64,000 bases of DNA, taken from IMG/VR virus record IMGVR_UViG_3300021091_000020, positions 1 to 64,000 of that record; one strand, written 5' to 3'. The DNA is from a virus. Each line of letters starts with the position of its first letter. Position 1 is the stretch's first letter. Positions 18,032 through 27,304 of the stretch are shown piece after piece. The position numbers were made by a program, and so were the translations under genes. Under the pieces are notes generated by a model. That model had not been told where the DNA came from and searched no databases. It was given only the letters and a program-made list of their open reading frames with translations.

Positions 18032-19191
18032 TTAAATTAAGAAACATATTGAATGAAGATACAAAATGGGCAAAAGAAAGCCGTAAAAGATTTCGTATGG
18101 TAAATGAAGCAACCGGTGATATTGAAATACCATTAACTGGAAAACAACTTAAACAATTGGATACCATATTCACCGAATACGAATCGGATTTGGATCAAGT
18201 TGTTGATGTTAAACTTCAAGAAGCAGATGTTGATTATACAAAAATGTCTTCTGCTCAATTAGAAGAAGTTAAAGGTGTTCTCAAAGTAGATGGTTCAATT
18301 ATGGAAGGTATTGATGAATTGCTAGAGTTAGGCGGTGAAGCAAAGAATTGGTATGCTGAAATGAATAAAACTATATTGGATGCATTCGGAGATACCGAAG
18401 GAACTATGTTTCTCATTCTACTCGCAATCTTTTCACCAAGAAATACATTATCACAGAACTTCAAACTTGCTGCTCAAACATTTCGTGGTATTAAAAAGGA
18501 TTTATCAAATCCAGAAAGTAAAGAAAAGTTAGAAAAAATGATGGAGATAGAACCAACTAAACTTTACAACATGATGAAAACACAAGATGCTTACAAAGAC
18601 TTAGCAACTGTTCGTGGTATGATTAAAGGAAACATGGGCGTTAATACTTATCTACCAAACATTCTACGCTTCTTAAAACTATTGAAAGCAAATAGCTATG
18701 GATTAACTAGAGAAACTGCAGTAAAAGAAATAGCAAGACACATTAAACCAACCGGTGCTTTGGATGATACCACGGTTATATCTGCTGAAAAAGTATTCTC
18801 TTTTACTCTGAACTTACTTGATCCAAATTATACTTTCGAGGATTTAGGTTGGGTTCCTGTTACGATGGACACATGGATGGCATCATTTTTCTATCCACAG
18901 TTAGACAAGAAACAGAAATCAAAACTATTGGCAAAGACACCGAGTTATGTTTATATGGCAAGACTAACACAAGATATGGCATCAAAGTTTGGAATGACAC
19001 CACCAGAATTTCAAGCTGCCATTTGGGTTGGGAAGATAAAGAAAACAAAAGGCGAGGCATACGATAACACATTCCTAACGGCAATAGATAAGAACTTGAA
19101 GAAACTAAATGTGAAGATAGATGAAATGAAAAATGCAAATAACTTCTTCAAACAGGCAATAGCAATAGTTGGTGATAAAGGAATAAGATAA
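18028..19191 (+). CDS. Conserved phage protein, possibly HhH-glycosylase-like fold, with MIKLRNILNE leader
   Basis: NWY...LAIFSPR....N...A...KVFSF..NL...VTMDTWM...QAAIWV pattern. Confidence 0.6.
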   Translation: MIKLRNILNEDTKWAKESRKRFRMVNEATGDIEIPLTGKQLKQLDTIFTEYESDLDQVVDVKLQEADVDYTKMSSAQLEEVKGVLKVDGSIMEGIDELLELGGEAKNWYAEMNKTILDAFGDTEGTMFLILLAIFSPRNTLSQNFKLAAQTFRGIKKDLSNPESKEKLEKMMEIEPTKLYNMMKTQDAYKDLATVRGMIKGNMGVNTYLPNILRFLKLLKANSYGLTRETAVKEIARHIKPTGALDDTTVISAEKVFSFTLNLLDPNYTFEDLGWVPVTMDTWMASFFYPQLDKKQKSKLLAKTPSYVYMARLTQDMASKFGMTPPEFQAAIWVGKIKKTKGEAYDNTFLTAIDKNLKKLNVKIDEMKNANNFFKQAIAIVGDKGIR

Positions 19192-19195
19192 AAGT

Positions 19196-19223
19196 AAACC
19201 CCTCGAAATTCGAGGGGTTTTTT
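19196..19223. terminator. Bidirectional terminator at the convergence of the + and - gene blocks
   Basis: AAACCCCTCGAA-ATTCGAGGGGTTTTTT between convergent genes. Confidence 0.85.
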
Positions 19224-19224
19224 A

Positions 19225-19506
19225 TTAGAAGATGTCTTGTTTCAAATCTGTTGTTATTATGTTCAAAAATTCAACACCCTTTGTAGTTAATGAACAATCA
19301 TTAAATCGTATTCTATTTTTAATTCCCATTACAATATCATAATCATATTTACGCCTATCTTTAATCTTATGTAGTTTAACTAATACCCAATCTATCTTTT
19401 CCAAAACATCTTCTCTTTGTTCTTGTGAATTGTATGGAGTATATTCCGTATAATTCAAATCTGATACATCATCTATTTCCAAACTACTAAAAAACTGTTC
19501 TAACAT
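19225..19506 (-). CDS. Hypothetical protein
   Basis: 93-aa ORF, last gene of the - strand block. Confidence 0.65.
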   Translation of the reverse strand: MLEQFFSSLEIDDVSDLNYTEYTPYNSQEQREDVLEKIDWVLVKLHKIKDRRKYDYDIVMGIKNRIRFNDCSLTTKGVEFLNIITTDLKQDIF

Positions 19507-19511
19507 TTGTA

Positions 19512-21392
19512 TTAACCCATGAATATCTTTGTGACAGAAGCACCATCGGTTGTTCTATCAGCTTCAACTGCAAATGTAAATTCAGAACCACTATTACATT
19601 TGAAAGCAATTTCATTGTAAATGAAATCCGAATCCATCGGTTTCGATCCAACTGAACCTTTGTAATCAGAAAGACAGAAGATTGTTATATTGTAGTATGT
19701 TGCAATCTCACCACTCTTGCCTGCACTTGGAGTTATTTTCAAACCAATTATCGGGATTGTTTTTGCGGAGTTAAAGTAATCAACCATATTCTTTGTGTGA
19801 TTATCTTCATACTTATCACGTGAACCGTATTTGATAATTACTTTACCATTGTATTTTATTAGAGGAACATCTATTGCACCACCAAAAATTGCTTCCGCAT
19901 TTATTTGTGTTGCAAATTTTACCAAGTTTGTTATAGCTTGTTTTGTATTTCTCTTGTTAGTTTGTTTCAAATAATCTTCAACCATTCTATGTAACATACT
20001 AATTGCAATAAAGTTTGCATTTGACATCAACATATTTTTAAGTTCTTTACGCGTGAATGTTAGTGGTTTTGTTCCATCAAATAAAAGTTTACACTTTGAT
20101 TTGTTATTCGATGAACCACCGGATTTTTCCTTTGCATTTTTTACTCTCTTTATGATAGATTCTATTTCTCGCATCTTATTTTGGTAATCTCTATTCTTTG
20201 TTTGTATGGATTCAAACCTCAATCTAAAAAAGTTCTTGGTTGAGTATTCCGATACGGTCTTTTGAAAGTCAGTAAATACAGTATTATATTTCTTTGTATT
20301 GTTATTAAATTTTGAATACCAATTCAATATCTTATCTCTAAAGCAAACACTTACTTGTATTGGTTCATCTTCACTTGCTTCTGTTATTGGTTTACCTGAT
20401 ACATTGAAGTATTCTACAATTTCTTCATCAAATGCCTGTAAAACATCTTCTGCATCTTGTTCCAATTCTTTTACTTCAACTTGAGCATCGGCAACATATT
20501 CACTTGATGGTGCGAACACATCAGTTAATTCATCTTTGGCACCCTTAACCCATTCTGTAAAATCTGTTGCATATTCTTTTGCCTTCTTTATTACTACAGA
20601 TCCAGCATCTTTGACTTTCGATACTGCAGATTTGAATAAATCCATAACACCTTCATTTACTTGTTCAGAAAAGGATTCATTTGACAATTGGGATTCTTCA
20701 CCAAATTTATCTATGAATAAGGTTGTTACTTTACCAACACGACCTTCTAGTGCCTTCAAACTAACACAGGCCATTATTGTTTTACCGTCACTTAATTTAA
20801 TAAGAGAGTCTGCATCTGGTTTCATTCCTTTTAACAAATCACCTTGAAATGCATTTTGAACTTTACCGGGTCCCCAAAATAAAACAACATCTGCTGTAAA
20901 TGTTTTACTTTTCTCATTGTATTTGGAAACAGACTTTAACTTAGCATAAAACTTCGTTATATTAGCATGAATGAATCCTGATGCCGGTTTGCCATTATAC
21001 AGATCCTTTAACGATGGTGCACCAGGATCTATTGTTCCACCAATAACTATTTTGTTAAAGGTATCGAATGCCTTTTGATCATTCCGTATTTTTTTAAGAA
21101 CTTTCAATAACCACTCTTTGCCCTGTGAATCCCAATCATAAGGTTTATCAAGTAGGGTAATCATATCTTCAGCAGTTAAATTACTCTTTGATGAAACTGC
21201 AAATATCAATGGTATAGTCTCGAATACTTTTGTTTTGTTTGGTAGTGACTTCCACGACTGTTCTATGAATCTTTCATTTGCAGTCATTTTAACAGTTGCA
21301 GGTGCTTCCTTTAACTGACTTTCCTCTAATATTTTTCTAACTGATTGTATTATATTCTTTTTATTTTTCAATAGTCTATTGAAATTTTCCAT
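19512..21392 (-). CDS. Large hypothetical protein with possible PD-(D/E)xK-like domain
   Basis: TFTADVVL...ACVSLK motif; leader rich in (L/I)xE sites. Confidence 0.6.
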   Translation of the reverse strand: MENFNRLLKNKKNIIQSVRKILEESQLKEAPATVKMTANERFIEQSWKSLPNKTKVFETIPLIFAVSSKSNLTAEDMITLLDKPYDWDSQGKEWLLKVLKKIRNDQKAFDTFNKIVIGGTIDPGAPSLKDLYNGKPASGFIHANITKFYAKLKSVSKYNEKSKTFTADVVLFWGPGKVQNAFQGDLLKGMKPDADSLIKLSDGKTIMACVSLKALEGRVGKVTTLFIDKFGEESQLSNESFSEQVNEGVMDLFKSAVSKVKDAGSVVIKKAKEYATDFTEWVKGAKDELTDVFAPSSEYVADAQVEVKELEQDAEDVLQAFDEEIVEYFNVSGKPITEASEDEPIQVSVCFRDKILNWYSKFNNNTKKYNTVFTDFQKTVSEYSTKNFFRLRFESIQTKNRDYQNKMREIESIIKRVKNAKEKSGGSSNNKSKCKLLFDGTKPLTFTRKELKNMLMSNANFIAISMLHRMVEDYLKQTNKRNTKQAITNLVKFATQINAEAIFGGAIDVPLIKYNGKVIIKYGSRDKYEDNHTKNMVDYFNSAKTIPIIGLKITPSAGKSGEIATYYNITIFCLSDYKGSVGSKPMDSDFIYNEIAFKCNSGSEFTFAVEADRTTDGASVTKIFMG

Positions 21393-21393
21393 G

Positions 21394-22008
21394 TTAAATT
21401 ACTCCGAGTATCTTACCAAACTTTGTTGTGTATTTGATACGGTCTTGTAAACCATTTGTTCCACCGTTTATTCTCTTTGTTAATTCGAGTATAACCGTTT
21501 CAGCCAAACCTTTATCTGATATTGTATTTAGTTTGTTCTTGTGGAAAAACCAAGCGGCTGAAAGTAATGGATATTTTTTGGCTACCAAATCTGGTTCAAG
21601 TATAATGTTTTCATTCACAAACTTATCAAATGCAGTGTAATTACTTTTACCGGTTAATTGTATGTAACCTCTGCCTCTAAACTTCCAGCCTTCGTGTGTT
21701 CCTTCCGAACCATTACCCATTCTGTCTGCATACACTCTTGATGCAATACGTTCTGGATTTCTGGCATATGCTTCAGCAAGACCAGGTTGTTTAAAGTATT
21801 TTGGAAATGTTGCTAACAACCCTTTTGTAGAATAGTTTAGGTTTTCGGTAGTGAACTTAAAATTACCGCTTTCGTGTGCGCATTGTCCCAGGAAGTGTGC
21901 TAATCTTGTTGGGGTGTTTATCTGAAAGGTAATCCAAACAGACTGTATTTCACCGTAAACATTATCTGGTATTTGTCCTTTTAGTTTTGTAATATCCATT
22001 TGTATCAC
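21394..22008 (-). CDS. Glycoside hydrolase family 19 endolysin
   Basis: AHFLGQCAHESG, ENLNYS, RGRGYIQLTGK.NY, TKRINGG.NGL.DR. Confidence 0.92.
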   Translation of the reverse strand: MIQMDITKLKGQIPDNVYGEIQSVWITFQINTPTRLAHFLGQCAHESGNFKFTTENLNYSTKGLLATFPKYFKQPGLAEAYARNPERIASRVYADRMGNGSEGTHEGWKFRGRGYIQLTGKSNYTAFDKFVNENIILEPDLVAKKYPLLSAAWFFHKNKLNTISDKGLAETVILELTKRINGGTNGLQDRIKYTTKFGKILGVI

Positions 22009-22325
22009 TCCTTGTTAGCAAAAAACTCTGTTACATGAAGCTTTGCCCAATCCTCTGGTGTATTTTTCCAACTATCTTTTCTCAATCTTTCTAACATTGA
22101 AGCAACATCTTCTGTTTTTGCTTCCGTTTCATTTACGCTAAAAAAATCCCATTCATGTTGAACGGCTGCAGTGTATCGTGGATTATTAGCAAGTCTGTTA
22201 GTTAATACTTCTTCTTTTGCTTTTGGTGAAAGTTCTATACCTAAATCCTGAAATATATCTTCTTTCAATAAGACTTTCCGAAATGTATCTTGTAATTGTC
22301 TTCCTTCATTTACCAAATCTTTCAT
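22005..22325 (-). CDS. Hypothetical protein with MKDLVNEGR leader
   Basis: First ~22 aa shared with the adjacent gene. Confidence 0.7.
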   Translation of the reverse strand: MKDLVNEGRQLQDTFRKVLLKEDIFQDLGIELSPKAKEEVLTNRLANNPRYTAAVQHEWDFFSVNETEAKTEDVASMLERLRKDSWKNTPEDWAKLHVTEFFANKE

Positions 22326-22326
22326 A

Positions 22327-22734
22327 TCAATCACCTGTCCATGTTGTTACTTTAATTGGTATTATTATACTGCTTCCCTTTTGAGTTGGTCTACCTGGAT
22401 AATGATCGGTATTATAGTTGTCTAATAAATCACATATCATTTTAGCAATTTTACCAGCATCACGGAATAACATTTCTGGATCACTCATTGTGTTAATACC
22501 AGGAGACTTAAATCCGAATGTCATCATCATGGTGGACTGAGCGGAACTCATTGATTTCGATTCACCACCCGATTGTTGAATACTTAATAAAGTCAATACA
22601 GGATGATTTATCTTATAGTGTATATCCAATTTTGACTGCCCCTTTATGTTTGGATTAGCCATTGGATTTTCTTTAATGAGTTTGTTCTTAAACCCGTCTT
22701 GTAGTTTTCTACCTTCATTGACCAAATCTTTCAT
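22327..22734 (-). CDS. Hypothetical protein with MKDLVNEGR leader
   Basis: Leader paralogous to 22005-22325; ATATTTAT motif upstream. Confidence 0.7.
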   Translation of the reverse strand: MKDLVNEGRKLQDGFKNKLIKENPMANPNIKGQSKLDIHYKINHPVLTLLSIQQSGGESKSMSSAQSTMMMTFGFKSPGINTMSDPEMLFRDAGKIAKMICDLLDNYNTDHYPGRPTQKGSSIIIPIKVTTWTGD

Positions 22735-22788
22735 ATCATTCTCTTTATGAATAATAAATACCACATATAAATATGTATCAAAACCAAA

Positions 22789-23424
22789 TTACTCTACTTC
22801 ATGGTTGTAAAAATAATAAGCAGTATTACCATAACTTCTATCAATATCTTCACTTGATATTAGTGGATTGTTAATTTTTATTATTGGTGGTTTATCCTTA
22901 TCATATGGAATAATGAAATCAGGATTGTGCCACCTTAATAAATTGTTTGGATGAATACAAAAGTTACCGTCTTCCAATTCTATAAAGTGGTAACATTTAC
23001 TATCCATATCTTGTGAATAACCAACATGAATTTCATTTGGATCAGTATAGTAATCGTCTATTGTAAAATGATAGATACCAGTACGCCATTTCTTGTCTCT
23101 ACAAAATACATCCACCCGTTTGTGTTGAAGAAATTTGAAACAACAAACAGATATGGCAGTTGATTGACAGTCCCATGTTTGCAACAACTGTAATCTTTTC
23201 TTTTCATCAGTTGAAAGTATATCAAATTTTTCTGTGTGGAAGAATGCACTTATTGGCATATTCCAAAAATTAGCACCTATTTCGCTTTGAAAGTGAAACA
23301 ACATAGGATAATTCAACATAGATTTTACACCGAAAATATAACCGTGTAAGTGTTTATCATAACCTGTTATTTCTTTTCGTATGTAACATTGAATATACGG
23401 AGTATTAGCATTCAACTGTGCCAT
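22789..23424 (-). CDS. Conserved hypothetical phage protein
   Basis: MAQLNANTP.I.C.IRKE...LQ.WDC...Y.FTID...GNF...PNN pattern recalled from aquatic phages. Confidence 0.7.
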   Translation of the reverse strand: MAQLNANTPYIQCYIRKEITGYDKHLHGYIFGVKSMLNYPMLFHFQSEIGANFWNMPISAFFHTEKFDILSTDEKKRLQLLQTWDCQSTAISVCCFKFLQHKRVDVFCRDKKWRTGIYHFTIDDYYTDPNEIHVGYSQDMDSKCYHFIELEDGNFCIHPNNLLRWHNPDFIIPYDKDKPPIIKINNPLISSEDIDRSYGNTAYYFYNHEVE

Positions 23425-23474
23425 TGTTTTCTTCCATATTTAACATACATATAAATATGAAATTATTTGGTATA

Positions 23475-23503
23475 AACAGAAATCGCCAGACATAATCTGG
23501 CGA
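23475..23503 (-). terminator. Rho-independent terminator
   Basis: TCGCCAGA-N5-TCTGGCGA hairpin followed on the - strand by TTTCTGTTT. Confidence 0.65.
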
Positions 23504-23536
23504 CTTCGTAACTCCATTAACACATGGTTATTGAGA

Positions 23537-24712
23537 TTATTCTACTACAACCCATTTATTACCATTGAACCAAAGTGTTCTTGATTGATTTGGCAACAAT
23601 GTATAATCAAGTGCGGTATCTGTTCCCCAATCTATATTTTTAATTGTAACAGTATTTGCAGTTGAGCCATTGAAAACGGAAACGAGCTGACCCAGAGCCG
23701 GATTTGTAGGGGCGATAATGTTGTAATCCACCGCAACACGACTGACGATCCATCTTGTATCTCCAGAGATAAGTGTTGGTGCGACTGTATAAACTGCAAC
23801 ACTATTTGTTCTATGTTGTGGATTAACTTCCCATGTGATACCGTTTGTTCCTCTTGTTGCATACGAACCGACTGTTGCGGTCTCACCACCTTCGAGAGCA
23901 AATACATTGATTGCTCCTCTTTGGACATTGCGTGATGCCACCGTTGAATCCACCAGAAAGGTAGCGGTATCAGCTTTAACTGAACGAGCAGCGTTTGTTG
24001 CAAATGCTGATGTGGAAGCAAAGTCAGCATGGTTTGCATCATAAGCAAACACCGATGTATCTGCATCAAATGCATGAGCAGCGTCACGGGCAAATATACT
24101 TGTATCAGATTTAGCAGAATGAGCAGCAGTTGAGGCGTAGGTTGCCAAGTCTGACAGAGTTGCCTTACCAGCGGCACGAGCAGTATCTGCAAACGCCGAT
24201 GTGTTTGAATGATTACTTACTCTTGCAGAATCTGAATTAACAGATGTTAGTGAACTGTTTGCAGTTAAAGAATGTGCAGAAATCTTAGCACTATCTGCAA
24301 CCTTTGCCTTATTAGCAGTTCCAGCAACTTTTGCCTCAGCAGCTTCCAAAGAATATGTTGAGAGTAATGAATACGGAACTGAACGAATTTGTAATCTACC
24401 AAGTGAAACACCGTTCACATAAGCATAAACAAAAAGTTTCTTACCGTAGTTATCAATCAAGATGTTATCTGCAACATTCTCAATAAGATAATTGATGATA
24501 CCGTTATTCACTTCTACATCAACATTCTCACGATACCAAAGAGCACTTGTGTTAAGATGTGATGTTTCATCGAAAGTGCTATCTGCAATATAGATAGAGA
24601 ACTTCGAGTTAATGTCTGTTCCAGCAGGTGCGTGTGCCTGATACTGAATGTTTGTTCCTGCAAATGCATTGACTGCAATCAAAGTAAAGATTGCCAAAAA
24701 TACTTGTCTCAT
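23537..24712 (-). CDS. Secreted fibre-like protein with Ala/Ser triad repeats
   Basis: Signal peptide, NGIINY.I and RSVPYSL motifs, then ~140 aa with Ala/Ser at every third position and a C-terminal beta domain. Confidence 0.75.
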   Translation of the reverse strand: MRQVFLAIFTLIAVNAFAGTNIQYQAHAPAGTDINSKFSIYIADSTFDETSHLNTSALWYRENVDVEVNNGIINYLIENVADNILIDNYGKKLFVYAYVNGVSLGRLQIRSVPYSLLSTYSLEAAEAKVAGTANKAKVADSAKISAHSLTANSSLTSVNSDSARVSNHSNTSAFADTARAAGKATLSDLATYASTAAHSAKSDTSIFARDAAHAFDADTSVFAYDANHADFASTSAFATNAARSVKADTATFLVDSTVASRNVQRGAINVFALEGGETATVGSYATRGTNGITWEVNPQHRTNSVAVYTVAPTLISGDTRWIVSRVAVDYNIIAPTNPALGQLVSVFNGSTANTVTIKNIDWGTDTALDYTLLPNQSRTLWFNGNKWVVVE

Positions 24713-24726
24713 TTTTTCCTCATTGT

Positions 24727-25155
24727 TTAATTGAAAATAACTTTTGTTGAATAACTTTGTTTATCCCATGTTGTAATTCTGATGTAGAATACACCACGAT
24801 TTGGCAATGTAATTGTATTTGATACACCACCAATTGTTTCCATAACTACTCTACCATATACATCCGTTACTTGTATTGAAGCGATCCCATCAATACCGAA
24901 TGATACTACACCGTCATTCGTTGGGTTTGGATATGCCAACAACCCAATACTATTAGTTTCTTCTACGGACAACGCCACCCTTTTAGGAATACGAATACCC
25001 ACATGAAACTTATTCTTGTAACCAGCAACTACTTGACCGAGAGTTGCATTACCGTTACCACCACTTACTATTGACTTAAGCAAGAATGGTTTTGTGTCAC
25101 CAGCAGTCAATACGCCAACTGCTAGGAACATAGCAATGATATAATTCATTGACAT
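24727..25155 (-). CDS. T9SS (Por) type-A C-terminal sorting-domain protein
   Basis: Signal peptide, then SVEE...AYPNPT...IQVTDVYGRVV...GVFYIRI......TKVIF. Confidence 0.85.
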   Translation of the reverse strand: MSMNYIIAMFLAVGVLTAGDTKPFLLKSIVSGGNGNATLGQVVAGYKNKFHVGIRIPKRVALSVEETNSIGLLAYPNPTNDGVVSFGIDGIASIQVTDVYGRVVMETIGGVSNTITLPNRGVFYIRITTWDKQSYSTKVIFN

Positions 25156-25174
25156 AACTCCTTGAATAAAACTA

Positions 25175-25357
25175 TTAAAACTTTTGTATATGTTGTTCTC
25201 TCAATGCCTTATTGATGTCAAGATATACTGTATCTTTCTTTGGTTTCTCTTTCTTGCAACAAGAATTATTTTTCTTCATTTTCTTTGGCTTTACTTCTTC
25301 TGCAAGAAATGTGTATGTTACAAACATAAAGCCAACTATTAACATTAAAATCTTCAT
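25175..25357 (-). CDS. Small secreted or membrane-anchored basic protein
   Basis: N-terminal hydrophobic segment, Lys-rich with CC; AGGAG RBS. Confidence 0.6.
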   Translation of the reverse strand: MKILMLIVGFMFVTYTFLAEEVKPKKMKKNNSCCKKEKPKKDTVYLDINKALREQHIQKF

Positions 25358-25381
25358 AGCAATCTCCTATAAATTACAATA

Positions 25382-25412
25382 CTAATATATGAAATTTATT
25401 CATACGATCAAA
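25382..25412 (-). promoter_or_regulatory. Bacteroidota-type promoter (variant TATATTAG)
   Basis: On the - strand: TTTG, N19, TATATTAG. Confidence 0.6.
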
Positions 25413-25419
25413 ATAAAAA

Positions 25420-25752
25420 TTATCCCATTGGGTTGGCATCACGGATTTTTTCTTTAATCCATTCGTATACCTTTTCATCGTGAGCATTTACTTTCCACTC
25501 TTTAACCGTTCTGGTATCCATTTCGTGAAGTCCAAATGGACGGACATCGGATATTTTAGCAACATGACCAGTCTCAAATTCAATATGCCATGCCACCTTT
25601 TCTATTCCATCAAATTCATCACCCGATTCCGTGGAGAATGTTGGTTGTCCAAATGCCTTAAGCAGGTGTCTAAACTCACATTCCATAACGCCAACTTGTG
25701 GTGCAAGTCTTACCACAACATCTTTTCCCAATCTGTGTTTAGGATAATTCAT
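25420..25752 (-). CDS. Hypothetical protein
   Basis: GAGG RBS before MNYPKH; L.KAFGQP...KVAW.IEF pattern. Confidence 0.65.
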   Translation of the reverse strand: MNYPKHRLGKDVVVRLAPQVGVMECEFRHLLKAFGQPTFSTESGDEFDGIEKVAWHIEFETGHVAKISDVRPFGLHEMDTRTVKEWKVNAHDEKVYEWIKEKIRDANPMG

Positions 25753-25765
25753 AATATAACCTCTT

Positions 25766-25960
25766 TTATATTTTATCTTTGTAATCTGTTTCGTAAAAAC
25801 CATCACCTTTAAAAATTGGTTTAGATTTTCCGAATGTTTCTAATTTCTTTAATTTACATTTTTTTCCACACGAACATTTTTCAGGAACACTTGAAAAACT
25901 CTTGACATAATACTCTTTAATATCGCCACATTTTTTACATTCAAAATCATAAATTGGCAT
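25766..25960 (-). CDS. FmdB-family zinc-ribbon protein
   Basis: MPIYDFECKKCG...C.CG...FKGDGFYETDY. Confidence 0.85.
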   Translation of the reverse strand: MPIYDFECKKCGDIKEYYVKSFSSVPEKCSCGKKCKLKKLETFGKSKPIFKGDGFYETDYKDKI

Positions 25961-25961
25961 A

Positions 25962-26129
25962 TTAACCTCCTTGTAATAAAAACTTTATAGCGAGTTCAAT
26001 AAAATAACAACCAATTGCAATCGGTAAACCAATAACAAATGTAAAAAGTATTGTAACAACAGAATAACCCAAATATATTATTGGTGTGAGCAATCCAGTT
26101 GCTATAAATTCAAAAAACTTATTAGTCAT
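25962..26129 (-). CDS. Small membrane protein (55 aa, not in ORF track)
   Basis: Read manually as MTNKFFEFIATGLLTPIIYLG...; hydrophobic throughout. Confidence 0.5.
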   Translation of the reverse strand: MTNKFFEFIATGLLTPIIYLGYSVVTILFTFVIGLPIAIGCYFIELAIKFLLQGG

Positions 26130-26144
26130 AACAAAACCTTAAAA

Positions 26145-26495
26145 TTAATCTTTAATTGAAACATTAACAATATATCTATAATCAACATTATTTAAATTAA
26201 CAACTTCCTTCAAAACAGATAGCTCTATTTTGTTTAAGTTTTTTTTCATAAATGATTTTAAGCAATCTTTTATATCTGGTAAAACTGTATCCAAAATATC
26301 ATCAGTGATAAATTCATAATCATTTAGTATACTATTGATTGTATTTTTTTTAGAAATAAATTCTTCTTCTTGAATTATTGAGTTTATTTCAAATTTTAAA
26401 TCTTCATCTAAATGTATCAAATCATTTATTGTTCTTGTATCAAAATTAATCGTATTGATTTTTTTCATGTGAAAGTTTATTTGGTGATATATCAA
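26145..26495 (-). CDS. Hypothetical protein (start uncertain)
   Basis: ORF track; operon packing. Confidence 0.5.
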   Translation of the reverse strand: MIYHQINFHMKKINTINFDTRTINDLIHLDEDLKFEINSIIQEEEFISKKNTINSILNDYEFITDDILDTVLPDIKDCLKSFMKKNLNKIELSVLKEVVNLNNVDYRYIVNVSIKD

Positions 26496-26646
26496 TTAAA
26501 TAATAATATAACATAGATTTGATTTCTTCTTCCGTGAAATCATTTTCAATGTAATTTTCAATATCTTCTTTTGTTATCACAATAAATTTTCCACTTGAAG
26601 AATATATTATATTATCATCTATGAAAATAAAGGGAATATTTTTCAT
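26446..26646 (-). CDS. Hypothetical protein
   Basis: ATGA overlap with the upstream gene. Confidence 0.5.
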   Translation of the reverse strand: MKNIPFIFIDDNIIYSSSGKFIVITKEDIENYIENDFTEEEIKSMLYYYLIDISPNKLSHEKNQYD

Positions 26647-27239
26647 ACTCCAAATTCATCTGATTCTTCATCATCAAAGTCTTCATTGAAATCATCATCA
26701 AAGTCTTCAACGTCATAAAACTCTTCTTCATCAAAGTCTTCATCATCAAAGTCTTCTTCTTCAACATCATCCCATTCTAATTCATTTTCGATGTCATCTT
26801 CCATTTCGTTTTCCATATTATCTTCCATGTCTTCTTCTCCATTAAAGTATTTCATATATCCACGAACTGCATCCAAATAATTTTCTGCTATTGAAAGTTT
26901 ATATTGAACCCAATCTTCAAGTTGAATATTGTTTCCAATCATTCGATATAACTCTTTTGCGTTTTCCATTATGGAAAGTAATTGTGCCTTAGCCATTTCA
27001 CTTTCATCTTCTATTCCGTGATTTTCATTTACTTTACGAATTTGTTTTAAAAGATTTGCTTCAGTTATAGAAACTATTTTTTTTGCTACTTTATATTTTT
27101 TAGGATTATTTTTAACAATCTTTGATGTTTGAACTGCCTCATAAAGATCACGAGTTAAATTTTGAATATCTTTTTCTTGTTTCATTTCTCGCAAAACATT
27201 AGCAGTTTCTTCAATTATCATTTTCTTTATAGGGTGCAT
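26643..27239 (-). CDS. Conserved phage protein with acidic low-complexity tail
   Basis: EMAKAQL...LEDWVQYKLSIAENYLDAV motif; (D/E)xDF repeats in the tail. Confidence 0.7.
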   Translation of the reverse strand: MHPIKKMIIEETANVLREMKQEKDIQNLTRDLYEAVQTSKIVKNNPKKYKVAKKIVSITEANLLKQIRKVNENHGIEDESEMAKAQLLSIMENAKELYRMIGNNIQLEDWVQYKLSIAENYLDAVRGYMKYFNGEEDMEDNMENEMEDDIENELEWDDVEEEDFDDEDFDEEEFYDVEDFDDDFNEDFDDEESDEFGV

Positions 27240-27268
27240 TACAATCTCCAATATCATTTAAGTGTATA

Positions 27269-27301
27269 CAAATATACAAAAATTATTTTATATTACAAAG
27301 C
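27269..27301 (-). promoter_or_regulatory. Bacteroidota-type promoter
   Basis: On the - strand: GCTTTG, N19, TATATTTG. Confidence 0.7.
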
Positions 27302-27304
27302 AAA

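Noticed and set aside
23632-24192. 186-aa alternative-frame ORF inside the fibre gene
   Set aside because: Explained by the stop-poor shifted frame of Ala-rich codons; no RBS or motif supports it.
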